A stretch of 64,000 nt of DNA from Octopus sinensis (taxonomy: Eukaryota), in contig NC_042999.1 of the NCBI RefSeq assembly GCF_006345805.1, forward strand, positions 103,354,001-103,418,000. Reading direction: 5' to 3'. Positions 1 through 12,729 of this stretch are shown piece after piece (the first letter of the stretch is position 1; every line of letters starts with the position of its first letter). The notes beneath the pieces were generated by a model, which saw only the letters and a program-made list of their open reading frames with translations, ran no database searches and was not told the DNA's origin. The translations under genes were made by a program, and so were the position numbers.

Positions 1-22
1 AGTAACTAATGAAAACGCGCGT

Positions 23-60
<38 letters not shown>

Positions 61-76
61 ATATATATATATATAT

Positions 77-234
77 GCATTTATACATTCATGTATAATA
101 TACATTTATATTTGTATGTATGTATGTATATACATATGCATTTATACATTCATGTATAATATACATTTATATTTGTATGTATGTATGTATATACATATGC
201 ATTTATACATGTATGTATAATATACATTTATATT

Positions 235-240
<6 letters not shown>
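77..240. repeat. 61-bp minisatellite, ~2.7 copies
   Basis: gcatttatacattcatgtataatatacatttatatttg recurs at 77, 138 and 199 (period 61). Confidence 0.85.
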
Positions 241-274
<34 letters not shown>

Positions 275-800
275 TACACATACGCGCACACGCACATACA
301 CAGACACATTCACCTTTATGCAAAATATAAATAACAATGTAAGTGCGCTTATTTTTATTGGAAGTGCACACAGTCATTCAAACATGCGCATGTACATACA
401 TACACATATACATACACATACTTCTATCAATGTATTCACATTCATAACGCTATGATGACACGCCTTTTACGTGATTTATGATTATGATTATGTATAACTG
501 TTATTGCTACTCTAACGCTACGAAAGATTTATTGAAACAGCAGTAAGGAACACGAATATTTGGAATGTGAATGAAATTTTTTTCCGTTATTCTTTCGAAT
601 GCGGTTTGCTTACTTCATCCGTTTAAGCCTAAACAGCAATATATGTGCCATATGTATGTTACATGTGAAATTTTGGTGTTCAAGGTGATGTACTATCTAA
701 ACTTTATATATTCTATTAAAAATGGATTATCTGACCAATATGACACCCTGTTTAGGAATAAAATATGATACTTCAAATGTAGCCTTCTTTTGCTGAGAAC

Positions 801-1064
801 GTTACGTGGTACAGCGACGCCTGCTGGGTTCGGCTGCTCTGCATTGATAAGGGGCAAATACCCTGAAACTAGTCTGCAGATGCCTGACAGCGGGGGGAAC
901 CAGCTGACCTCCCCTGTTCGAAGGTTATAATGAACATGGGTTCGTGTGTCACATAGCTAGCTAGAGGCGATGTCCTCTTGAAACTAATCAACGGCAGCAT
1001 TCGTCCTATATTTCTGGACTGCCATATTAGCTTGGCGATAACTATTAATATGTTACGTGGTACA
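801..1064 (+). repeat. Old interspersed repeat, homologous to 42160-42370; bounded by a 13-bp direct repeat
   Basis: gttacgtggtaca at 801 and 1052. Blocks cagcgacgcc, ttgataaggggcaaataccctgaaactagtct and tagctagctagag match cagcaacgcc, ttgataaagagcaataacccagaaactagtct and tagccagctagaa near 42.2-42.3 kb. Confidence 0.55.
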
Positions 1065-2289
1065 ATTATTAAAAAAAAAATATTTTGTGTAAAAATCCAA
1101 AGATTAACTGCAAAGTTAGTTAATCTTTGTTTCGTTCCATGCTCTATGTTATATTGGGGGAGATTTTATTTCCTGAAAATGAAGATGATGAGTATCAATT
1201 TTCCTGTATTCGGCAGTTGGAATAGACAGTATTGTTCCTATCTATAAAACTTAGAGAATAAGCAAATATATAAATTAATGATAAGAGATTTCTGGTTTGA
1301 AATATAGTCATGATTAACTCGGCTTTATTATCTAAATATAATTATCCGGCTGTAAGATGTCTTCCATACATTTGGCTTAATGATTCGTTTGCGAATTTTT
1401 GAGATATTCAAAGGAATAGAAGTAATATGCTAATAATAATACTTGCTCTAGTTTAATGAAAGATAAGAAATCACTTAATACGATAAGTGATCTGGTTCAT
1501 TATGATTATTCGCATCATTCTGTTCTCATTATATAATTTCGGTATTTATTTGTATCTTTTCTCAATTTTTTGTAACTTTTCTCTCTGTTAAATGCTTAAG
1601 TTTATTGTTGTTCTTGTTGCTGCGATGGAGATGATGAAGCAACTGGTCAGCCATGATTAGAAGCACCAAGGAACGAAGAATTTCTATCCGCGATCATCCT
1701 ACTTTTGTAGACGATGTGTTATAATAAACAGATTACTCAATTAATTTTTCCTTTCTTTTAAATAGTACAATAGGGGTTGAGGAATATGTGACTGCCATTT
1801 CTATCAGGAGAGCCAATATTGCGTGTGCGTAGTTCATCTGAGCTCAGTAGTCTACCGTGGAACTTCGAACATTTCTCTCGGGACTCTATGGTCGTTGAAA
1901 ACCAGACGTATAGTAGACGTTGCTCGTTTGCCTGCTGGGCCTTTCTCCTTTTCGTCTGTCTGTTGGCCACCGGTTTTATAATAATTGTGGCAGCTAGAAG
2001 GATAGACATACTGCAGCAGAGTTTTACCTAAATAAGTCAGCTCCTGTCTATTTGAACTTCGTTTGGCATGGCCGAGGTCGTAGGTCAAAGGAAGATGCTC
2101 ACTCTCTTTTTGACAGGACAAAGAAAACCTTTTTTCGCGCCTGTTGATCGTGGGGGGTTGGACGACCGAGAATTCTTAGATTCGGTTTTGAATCTAGGCT
2201 TTGAGAAGGAAGTATTAATTTTTACAGGTTATTACCTTATATATTCAAATGTATTAAGTAAATATCATTGTTGGTATTATCAACAGGTA

Positions 2290-2410
2290 AGATTCCACCG
2301 CGGTCAACTTTATCTTTCACCCTTTCGGGGTCGGGTACTGGAGTCGATTTAACCAACTAGCACCTCAACCCAAAAGTTCAGGCCTTGGTCTATAGTAGAA
2401 AGGATTATCT
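2290..2410 (+). mobile_element. SINE family B, 3' fragment
   Basis: ttccaccgcggtcaacttt...ctttcggggtcg...tcaggccttg...agtagaaaggattat matches the fuller copies at 20681 and 34144. Confidence 0.6.
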
Positions 2411-3535
2411 TCTAAGCTAAGTCCATGATCAAGTTTCATTTTCTATTTCAAAATAAATCATACAGTTAATGGTTTGGAGAAAAACTTAAGTCGTATTATA
2501 AGGGAACATTGTGTTATGTGTAAAAATATGCACGAAACCAACACTGGTGTCAGTATAATTCACTGTTCTCTACCCAACAAAATGTGTGAACTTGTATCTG
2601 TATTAGCAATTAATATTATGGTGTTTTGATAAAATCGTTAGAACGTGAAACAATGTTTTACAGTATTAGTTACAGCATTTTACAAGTTCAAATTTCGTCT
2701 GAGTTAAATTTGCTTTTCATCTGCCTGGAGAGGATAAAATAAAATATCACCGCTAAGTTAGTGCTGATATATTTCACTCAGGCACCACACTAAATGTGTG
2801 ACTTTGTGTCTGTGTTAGGAATCAATGTTATTATAACTACAGTGAGAAGGCAAACACGATATAAGGCAAGAAGTACTTGGTTTCCTCTTTACATTCTGAG
2901 TTTAATGTCACCAATGTCGATATAGACATTTTTAAAAATATATTTCCCTACGTCCAATAAAAATGGTAGAATATATGAGGTAATAAGAAAGCTTCCATAC
3001 TAAGCTCGGCATTCTGGAAATTTTCCCATGTATACACTAACATTGAAAAAAAAATGGAAAACGAACGGAGAATAAGAATGCAGTACGTGATGTAAGATAT
3101 ACTGCAATTTTGATGGCTGCAACGTATTTGTTATATATCCAAGCACACAAGGGGAACGGGAGAAACAACGACAGCAACAAAAACGACATACTGATATGAA
3201 TTCAATCGAATTTTCAATTCCACGACTAAATTCGTAAGCTACCTAAAGAACGTAACATTGATATGTACACAATCCTCTTAACTTTCCTCTTAACTTTATG
3301 GTTCTGCTTTTCTTCGAAAGAGAAATGAAAGCTACAGTATATTACTGAACCAACCATGAAATAATGAGTAAACATTGTACTAGATGAGCTTTTCAGTGGA
3401 CTGAATTTTGTTTGAAAACATCTTACGTGATTTTGATTTACATTTTTTAAATAACATGGGTAAATGCGCAGATATGGCAATCTTCCTATTGCAAAAGTTT
3501 CCCATATATCCGAAGTTTTGTAACTATTAAACTAA

Positions 3536-3557
3536 TCATTCACACACACCCACATTC

Positions 3558-3590
<33 letters not shown>

Positions 3591-3761
3591 CATATATATA
3601 TATGTATATATATATATATGTATATATGTATATATATGTATGTATATATGTATATATATATATATATATATGTATGTATATATGTATATATATATAATAT
3701 ATATATATTATATATATATATATATAATATATATATACATATATATAATATATATATATAA

Positions 3762-3811
<50 letters not shown>

Positions 3812-3831
3812 TACTATATATATATGTATAT

Positions 3832-3895
<64 letters not shown>

Positions 3896-3897
3896 TT

Positions 3898-3970
<73 letters not shown>

Positions 3971-4016
3971 TTACTGTGGTTAACCCCGAATCAACCCGGG
4001 ACCTACATATATATAC

Positions 4017-4062
<46 letters not shown>

Positions 4063-4075
4063 GCATATATAACGG
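3536..4075. repeat. Long imperfect (TA)n/(TATG)n microsatellite
   Basis: Directly visible; the source of the YIYI-type ORFs in the track. Confidence 0.95.
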
Positions 4076-4169
4076 GAAGCTTTATGAAAATTGACAAAAG
4101 ACGAAGGCAGGTGGAAAACAAACGAACAATTGTATTAGTATGGCGCTCAGGAAATATAAATAAAACAAG

Positions 4170-4207
4170 TCTTTAACGTTTCGAGCCTACGCTCTTCAAC
4201 AGAAAGA
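4170..4207 (-). ncRNA. Minimal type I hammerhead-like motif with A6U core variant (Penelope-type fragment)
   Basis: Minus strand reads tcttt-CTGTTGA-a-gagc-gtag-gctc-GAAAC-GTT-aaaga. Stem I tcttt/aaaga, stem II gagc/gctc, palindromic AACGTT stem III. Confidence 0.5.
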
Positions 4208-4283
4208 TACACAGAGAGAAAAAAAAACACAGAAAGAAGGAGAGAAAAAAAATGCGTGCAGTAGCTAACGAATCAACATGGCG

Positions 4284-4315
<32 letters not shown>

Positions 4316-4329
4316 GTATGTATGTATAT

Positions 4330-4783
4330 GGAAATCCTCCGGCCTTAAGGTTTTCCGTCATGGCAGAATTAATAGTCAAGACTATTTAAGCATTTTATCT
4401 GATCAAATTCTTCCTATGGTTGCTGAACTCTTTCCGGAGGGAAACACAATCTTTCAGGATAATAGTGCACCAATTCACACAGCTAAAATTGTTATTGAAT
4501 GGCACGAAGAACATTCTAGTGAAGTTGAACATCTTATCTGGTCACCACAGTCCCCAGGTCTCAATATTATTGAACATTTATGGTGCACTGTAGAAAAACA
4601 AGTAAGGAGTCGATATTCTTCATTATCATCACTACAAGAAGTGGAGAATGTTTTAGCTGAAGAATGAACAAAATTTCCTTTTGCAATTTCAAGCTGCAAT
4701 TACTGCCAAAGGCGGTCGTACCCCATATTAAAATAAATTAGTTTGAAATTTTAAGGTGTTTCCATTATTTTGTCCAGTCCCTG
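4330..4783 (+). mobile_element. Tc1-like DNA transposon, 3' fragment (transposase DDE C-terminus plus right TIR)
   Basis: Peptide FQDNSAPIHTAK...WSPQSPGLNIIEHLW. The element ends ...tttccattattttgtccagtccctg followed by TA (4784-4785). Confidence 0.85.
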
Positions 4784-4827
4784 TATATGCGTCTGTATAT
4801 CTGTGTGTGTATATGTGTGTGCCTGTG

Positions 4828-4865
<38 letters not shown>

Positions 4866-5531
4866 TTGTGTATGTGTGTCTGTGTGTGCGTGCGGGCGAG
4901 AAAGTATATATAAGGGTGTATCTGTATTTCATAACTCTGGCATGGTTCAATCAACCAAGGTATCGACAAAACATTAAAAAAATATCGAATATTGTGTATA
5001 ACACAGTAAATCATGAATACAACGAACACAGAAATAAATAGACAAGCTCATAAAAACACATCCCCATAAACGCACATGCGCATATATCCATATAATACAT
5101 AAACACCTATTTACATATCTATGAACACAAACATATACACATGTATATATACATATATATATGTGTGTGTGTGTATGCATACGTATGTATGCATACGTAT
5201 GTATGCATACATGCAAATATATATATAAAAACAAATATGGACACATTCTCTACAATGAAGAGGAGGCGACACAATTTCTTTTGTTTCTTATCGAATTTGG
5301 CCAGAATGTTTCTTTAGAGGTCCGTATTTCTTAACAGTGCATACAACGATCAAAGTCACAATAACAGATGATTAATAACTAACAACCCCACTCACGAGAT
5401 TCATAATTTTTTTTACATATATTCATGCATACATATATACATATACGCTTACGCATATACACATATGCATACATATATGTGTGTGTGTGTGTGTGTGTAC
5501 ATATGAGGGATGGCCACTAGGAAAAAATTGT

Positions 5532-5586
<55 letters not shown>

Positions 5587-5594
5587 ATATATAT

Positions 5595-5625
<31 letters not shown>

Positions 5626-5648
5626 ATATATATATATATATACATGTA

Positions 5649-5816
5649 GGCGCAGAGGCGTAGCTATGTGGTAAGAAGCTTGACTCCTAACCACATGGAT
5701 CCGGGTTCAGTCCCACTGCATGACACATTGGGCAAGAGTCTTCTACTGTAGCCTCGGGACGACCAAAGCCATGTGAGTGGATTTAGTAGACGGAAACTGA
5801 AGTAAGCAAGGCGTGT

Positions 5817-5853
<37 letters not shown>

Positions 5854-6070
5854 ACGGTTGTGTGTGCGTGTGTATATACAGTTTTGTGTGTAATCGCTTG
5901 ACAACCGATGCTGGTGTGTTTACATCCCCGTAGATTAGCGTTTCGGCTGAAGAGTCCGATACAATAGGCTTACAAAGAATAAGTCCTGGGATCGTTTTTC
6001 TCGACTGAAGGTGGTGCTCCATCATGGCCGCAGTCAAGTGACTGAAACAAGTGAAAGAGTAAAAGAAAAA
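5649..6070 (+). mobile_element. tRNA-derived SINE family A with internal microsatellite
   Basis: A-box-like tagctatgtgg, B-box-like gggttcagtccc, central (TA)/(TG) tract, tail gactgaaacaagtgaaagag. Near-copies at 9052 and 11830. Confidence 0.85.
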
Positions 6071-6761
6071 AACATATATCAGTGTATATGTATATATATG
6101 TGTATGTGTGTAGACATATTCATAGTTATGAATAATATATGTATATACACACATTTACACACACGCATACACACACATATATATTTACGTACCTACATAT
6201 TCTTTTATACGTACATGTGAACAGAATGGATACTTAAAATATACGTTAAACCAATGCCGCAGTACATGTAATATTTTAACATTTGTAAAGTAAACATTTC
6301 TATACCACAGAATAAGCAATATATGCGTGTGTATGCATGTATTTATGTATGAAGGTACATCTATGTATACACACGCACGCACACATATATACATATACAT
6401 ACATATACATATACAGATATATATATTTATGTCATTGCCTTTTACTGTATTTCTTTCTTAGTTTTATGCTCTTTTCTCAGTTACCAAACTACTAGACGTG
6501 AATTTCATGGAATTGGAATCAAAGCTGACAACTTAAGAGATAAAATCATGTTGTAAAATCTAACTAAATTTAAACTGAAAGGGTGAAACTTTCAGTTTCT
6601 AAAAGCTCTTTGAAGGAGATGTTAACTCAAGTTATACCTGTCCTTTTCCCATTTTCTCTTTCTCGCCCTTCTCCCACCTATCTAAAAATCTCTCAAATTT
6701 GGTGCCTTTTATCTTTCGTATATGATACATATGCTGCACGTCAGTTAAAGCATGAATGAAT

Positions 6762-6822
<61 letters not shown>

Positions 6823-7178
6823 TGAAAATAAATTCACGTATTTGTATTTATTTATATATGATTTATATATGTATATGAATGTGTGTATGTATAAATGTTT
6901 AAACATATATGTGTGTGATTGAGGGAGTGTATGTGAGTGTTTTTATGTATAGATGTATAGCAGTATATAGTGTAAACACATCCACTTATACTTAAAAAAA
7001 TTATACACCTACACACACCCACACACATATATAGAGACACAAACAAACACGTATATAGGTATGTATGTATGTGCATATATGTGTGCTTATTTATATAAAT
7101 CAAATACTTATAAGTACATAGACACAACTACATATTTATGTGTGTATTTTTAAAAGTGTGTTATTTATTGACACTGTT

Positions 7179-7242
<64 letters not shown>

Positions 7243-8037
7243 TATAGATATATATATATGTATTACACACACACATATATATAGATATATATAGATATAT
7301 ACATATACATACATATATATATATATGTATTACATATATACATATATACATACACACACACATACATACATACATATTTTTATATTGTATATTAATATTT
7401 TCTATTTTATATTGATATATTTATATTGTTCTATATTTTCTCCTGTTGACACTTCTGCACTCTTATTGTCTTATATACAACGGTTTAGGCAGAATGTCAA
7501 TGTTTGTAAAAGAGCTTCATGGTCGCTTGAGTAAGCCCAAATATCGTAGCTACAAATTTTATGCATGCCAAAAATATCATGAGGTGATAACACAACAAAG
7601 GAAGCCAAATGTTGTACACTTACATTTATGAAATATTTCTCTATTCTTTAACTGGTTTCACTTTGTTGCCACAACGTATCATAACATAGACGGTGTTTTG
7701 ATGGTTACCAACCTCAGTAAACATTTCAACGTGCTCTTTTTTCTATGTCACTCCATTTATCGCATTGTTAAGCTTTAGGATAAGTAGGAACGCTAACATA
7801 CAGTATACTGGTTTTTAGACGGTAAGCATAAATATTATAAAAGCTGTGAGAATTACACACATCTACGCAGTTACACAAGCATGCAGCATATACTTACGCA
7901 CACATACACACACAGACACATGTATACAAATATATGTATGTACATATGTGGATGCATCTATGTCTACGTGAGTGAGTTTGTGTGTGCGTGTTGTTTGTGT
8001 GTGCGTGCGCGTGTGAATGCGTAAATTTGTTAAATAC

Positions 8038-8101
<64 letters not shown>

Positions 8102-8599
8102 AATAAAGTTAAAACATGGTCTGGTTTTCACGTTTTTTTATCATGGTATTTAAAAAAAACAATTTTTTTACAATGTTGAAGGGTGTTAAACATTAAAACA
8201 ATAACTTGTAATGTTCATAAAGTTGAATTAGCGCTTTCATACGTTCGTAGTAATCATCGGATTTCAAAATATATTTAACTGACAGTTGAACTCTTGACAA
8301 CTGTAGTAAAATAACTGACTTCTTCCTTTTTATACCTCTTAAAAGGCTCCAACAGGCTGAATTGTTGGAATACGGTATTGACCCATCTGCATGCATCTTA
8401 AACGTCACGGTTTGCCGGGCGTACCGATATTATTGGTATAGATCTCGCTTTTATCTTAACCAATTAGCTTGCGGTTTACATGTAATGGTTTTATGAGTGA
8501 CCAAACTTACTTGATTTCGACCTTTTTTAGTTCAATTGGTGGGAGTCTTCTGTAATTTGTTTATATTCTTATCTTAAAGATATTTTTTAATCTACATCA

Positions 8600-8960
8600 T
8601 TAAATGGTTTTTATATTATTGTTGTTGTTATTTCCGTACAGAAGAGGTTTGAACATATTAATAAAACGTTTTTTCTTTTATCTTTCTTCCAACCTCACTT
8701 GTGTCAAGTAGTTTGTGGAAAAGAAAAATTAGAGACATTTTCTGACCACATGTTTCTCTATGTTCGCTCAATGGAATTTGGCGAGCGTTACTGTTCCTAA
8801 TTTGTTGCATGTGGGCTCATGAGCGTTCTGATAATACATTCCTTGTCTTGACAATATATAGTTCCTCGAAATTCGGACAATTTCTGCTTTTGCTGTTCAA
8901 ATCAGCATTTGTGAAAATCTGTCCATTTTTAGTTCTGATGGTTCTACACGTTTCATAATA
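8600..8960 (-). mobile_element. Degraded Penelope-like element, GIY-YIG endonuclease C-terminus
   Basis: Minus-strand frames give LNSKSRN...YIVKTRNVLSER and HMQQIRNSNARQIPLSEHRETC...IFLFHKL...KKRFINMFKPLL, resembling the PLE end HRQQI...H...C...FYK...KE..FI..FKP.LN. Confidence 0.6.
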
Positions 8961-9051
8961 AAAAAAGTGAAAACCAGACTATGTTTTAAATTTATTCAAC
9001 TGATAAATTGTTCTATAGACATGTACACAGGTTCGAAATATGGATATATCT

Positions 9052-9450
9052 AAGCACAGGAGAGGCTGTGTGGTAAGAAGCTTGCTTCCCAAACCCAGGG
9101 TTCCGGGTTCAGTCCCTCTGCGTGGCACCTTGGGCAAGTGTCTTCTACCATAGCCTCAAGCCGACCAAAGCCTTGTGAGTGGATTTGGAAAAGGGAAACC
9201 GAAAGAAGCCCTTCGTATATATATATATATGTATGTGTATGCGTGTCTGTGTTTGTCCTCTCTCCGTTACTTGACACCAATGCAAACGTGTCTACGTCTC
9301 TGTGACTTAGCAGTTCGGCAGAAGAACCGATAGAATAAGTACTAGGTTTACTGGGAATAAGTCCTGGATCGATTTGCTCGACTAAAGGCGGTGTTCCAGC
9401 ATGGCCGCAGTCAAATGACTAAAACAAGTAAAAGAATAAAAGAATAAAAC
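9052..9450 (+). mobile_element. tRNA-derived SINE family A
   Basis: ggctgtgtggtaagaagcttgcttccc...gggttcagtccc...ccagcatggccgcagtcaaatgactaaaacaagtaaaagaataaaag. Confidence 0.9.
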
Positions 9451-9465
9451 AACACACACACATAT

Positions 9466-9520
<55 letters not shown>

Positions 9521-9725
9521 TAGATAGATAGATAGATAGATAGATATCAATAATAACAAAGAGTAAAATTAATCAATTAAGAAGTAATCAATAATTTCAC
9601 CAAGTAGAATTCGGTATGAAAAAGGACCATTTCACTGTAAACTTAAGTAATACTTATTAAAAGGGTTCAGCAAAGATTTGCTTCACCACACACCGAATTT
9701 TAGAAATAGCAGCCAAAAATCTTAG

Positions 9726-9855
<130 letters not shown>

Positions 9856-10601
9856 TTATACCTAGAAAGTTAGAATTGAAAGAAGGGTTCTCTATATAGT
9901 CAATATAGTTGAATTTTGAAGATATAGTCTGCCGTCTCAGTTAAGGGTAACTTGATTTCAAAATCCATATTTGTTGGCAATTATTCAATGCCTACGTTTC
10001 TTATGGATTTCTTACCAGCCTTTATTATGATGGCCGTGTTTCGTTGAAATCCCTATGCATGTATGTATGTATGTATGTATGTATGTATGTATGTATGTAT
10101 GTATGTATGTATGTATGTATGCATGTATGCATGCATGCATATATGTATGTATGTGAGTGCATGTGTGTATGTATGCATGTATGTATATGTATGTTTCTCT
10201 ACTGTTTTTTGTTATCATTTAAATCCTTCCTTTGAAAAGGGAACTGGAATCTAACAAAGATACAAAGTTCCATCTCTGGAATTTAGACAGCAAACGCAAT
10301 GTCACACTTTAAACCAGAGAAAAGTATTACATAGTTTTACTGTTCCGCTTAGAAATGTAATGTGCGATTCAATTCGTTGAATTCTTTAACTGGAAATCCT
10401 ATCTTATCCAGACTGACAGTTAGGCATTTACTTACAAAACCAAGTGCACTAATGTATGTATGTATGTATGTATGTATGTATGTATGTATGTATGTATGTA
10501 TGTATGTATGTATGTATGTATGTGTGTATGTATGTATGTATGTATGTATGTGTGTGTGTATGTATGTGTGTATGTGTGTATGTGTGTATGTATGTGAAAG
10601 C

Positions 10602-10735
10602 GTGTGGCTTAGTTTTTAGGGTATTCGGCTAACGATCGTTTGGGCTTAAATTTGATTCCAGCCGGCGCTTTGTTTCCTTGAACAAGACATTTTATTTCAC
10701 GTTGCTCCAGTTTACTAAGCTGGCAAATATGTGCA
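10602..10735 (+). mobile_element. tRNA-derived SINE family C, diverged 5' part
   Basis: gtggcttagt...tttcacgttgctccagt...agctggcaaa is shared with the copy at 34470. Confidence 0.6.
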
Positions 10736-10989
10736 GTACATGTATTTCACAGAGCCAGCTTTGTCACACCATCACGCTGAATGTCTCTCTGAACTACACT
10801 ATGGTTTCGCGTGTCTGTGGAGTACACAGCCACTTGAACGTTGATTTCAGGAGCACGCTTTTCCGTTGATTCGAACAAAGTGCCAGGTAAATGTCTGTCT
10901 GTCTGTTTGTTTGCATGTGTGTATGTGTGTATAATTTCCTCCGGCATGATCTTCTTATGGCCTCAGACACATCATCACTGATGTTACCT

Positions 10990-11395
10990 GGGCTCACTTG
11001 TTGTTTCTGAATATACATCGATCAACAACTTAATCTAGGTTACTGAACGGATCTTGGTCAAGTCCCAGCTTATGCTCCGCTGGTACTAACGCTTGTATGC
11101 TTCACATTTGATCTTCCAAGCTAACCATGAAATAACTTCTGTGCCCTTGGCAACCAAACGAATGGCTTTTCAGCTCCTACCCCTGTAATGTCCAGTATAT
11201 TCCAGGTTTAGTAAAGCCACACGTTAATGACTATGAATATTGCGATTCTTGCCTCAATGGTATCACACCTTGCTAGTGAAAGTTTCTTCATGAGAGTTTG
11301 AAGTTCATTCTTACTATGTGCGACAATATTACAGACACCTGAGAACGAAAGGTCCCTTATCAGAGATACAGACATGTGAGATTTGGCCCTGCATA
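10990..11395 (-). mobile_element. Degraded RTE/BovB-like LINE reverse transcriptase fragment
   Basis: RAKSHMSVSLIRDLSFSGVCNIVAHSKNELQTLMKKLS aligns by eye to the RTE motif IRELLFADDCALVAHS..ELQ.LM. The catalytic ADD is lost. Confidence 0.6.
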
Positions 11396-11599
11396 CGTAT
11401 ATTACACACACACACACACAAACACACACAAACACGCACACACACAAACACACACACGCACACACACGCACACACACGCACGCATACACACACACACACA
11501 TACATACATACATATATATATATATAATATGGAGTTGATTTTTATGGCTGATCAGAGAGTGACCATTGAATGACCTGCAATGAACTTATCTGTATAAGC

Positions 11600-11713
11600 G
11601 ACTAGTCAGACTCAATTGGCTGAAGGCGCGTAATCTTTCTATGTGCCTTCGGCATTTGAGACTGACGAGTCGCCTATATGGTTGAGCGCTTTATAGGTGC
11701 GAAACTAATGGTC
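11600..11713 (+). ncRNA. Candidate extended type III hammerhead ribozyme
   Basis: GTC triplet at 11605-11607, long stem I (gctgaaggcgc/gtgccttcggc plus ctcaattg/catttgag), CTGACGA at 11662-11668, stem II (g-cgcctata/tataggtgc), GAAAC at 11701, stem III gactag/cta..gtc. The junction after C17 is imperfect. Confidence 0.5.
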
Positions 11714-11829
11714 ACTGTCTGAACGGCCATAACAAGCAAATTTCCATACATACATACATAATATCATCACTGCATGTACGTATGTTTTGCAGCTGTGGAG
11801 AGGGGAGTCTGAAGATGTAGACCATCATA

Positions 11830-12222
11830 TTCTTTTATATTCTTTTGTTCTTTTACTTGTTTCAGTCATTTGACTGCGGCCATGTCGAGCAAATCGTCCC
11901 CAGAACTTATTCTTTGTAAGCCTGGTACTTATTCTATCGGTCTCTTTTACCGAACCGCTAAGTTACGGGTATATAAACACACCAGCACCGGTTGTCAAGT
12001 GATGTTAGGGAGACAAACACAGACACACAAACATACACACACATATACATACATATATACGACGGGCTTCTTTCAGTTTCCGTCTACCAAATCCACTCAC
12101 AAGGCTTTGGTCGGCCCGAGGCTATAGTAGAAGACACTTGCCCAAGGTGCCACGCAGTGGGACTGAACCCGGAACCATGTGGCTGGTAAGCAAGCTACTT
12201 ACCACACAGCCACTCCTACGCC
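11830..12222 (-). mobile_element. tRNA-derived SINE family A
   Basis: Reverse complement of the 9052 copy, including head, internal microsatellite and tail. Confidence 0.9.
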
Positions 12223-12228
12223 TATATG

Positions 12229-12260
<32 letters not shown>

Positions 12261-12685
12261 ATATATATGATGGTCTACTGCGAAGACAATATATTTGCCC
12301 TTAATTCTACAATACAATATTGGAAATAAAATTACATTTCTTATATAAGCTTAATTTTGATGAATAATTTATCAGATTATTCATTTATCGTCATAATATT
12401 GACCATGAATATGATCACCATATTGCGTTCTGAAATATGCATTGAATATAGTATAAAACAATGTGATTTATCTTCTATCTTGTTATGAATGTGTATAATT
12501 TAGCTTTGATTCGTCATTATCTATCTGGATATCATTTGATTCACTTTCAAATGAAATACAGCGCATAATTTCACTATGCGTATAAATATTGTTTTAAAAG
12601 ACTTTGTGAGCTCCGAAAATTTCGTCATTAGCAAATATTATAATTCGGTATATCACTTGGTCTTGCTATGGTTTTTCTCGCTATT

Positions 12686-12729
<44 letters not shown>

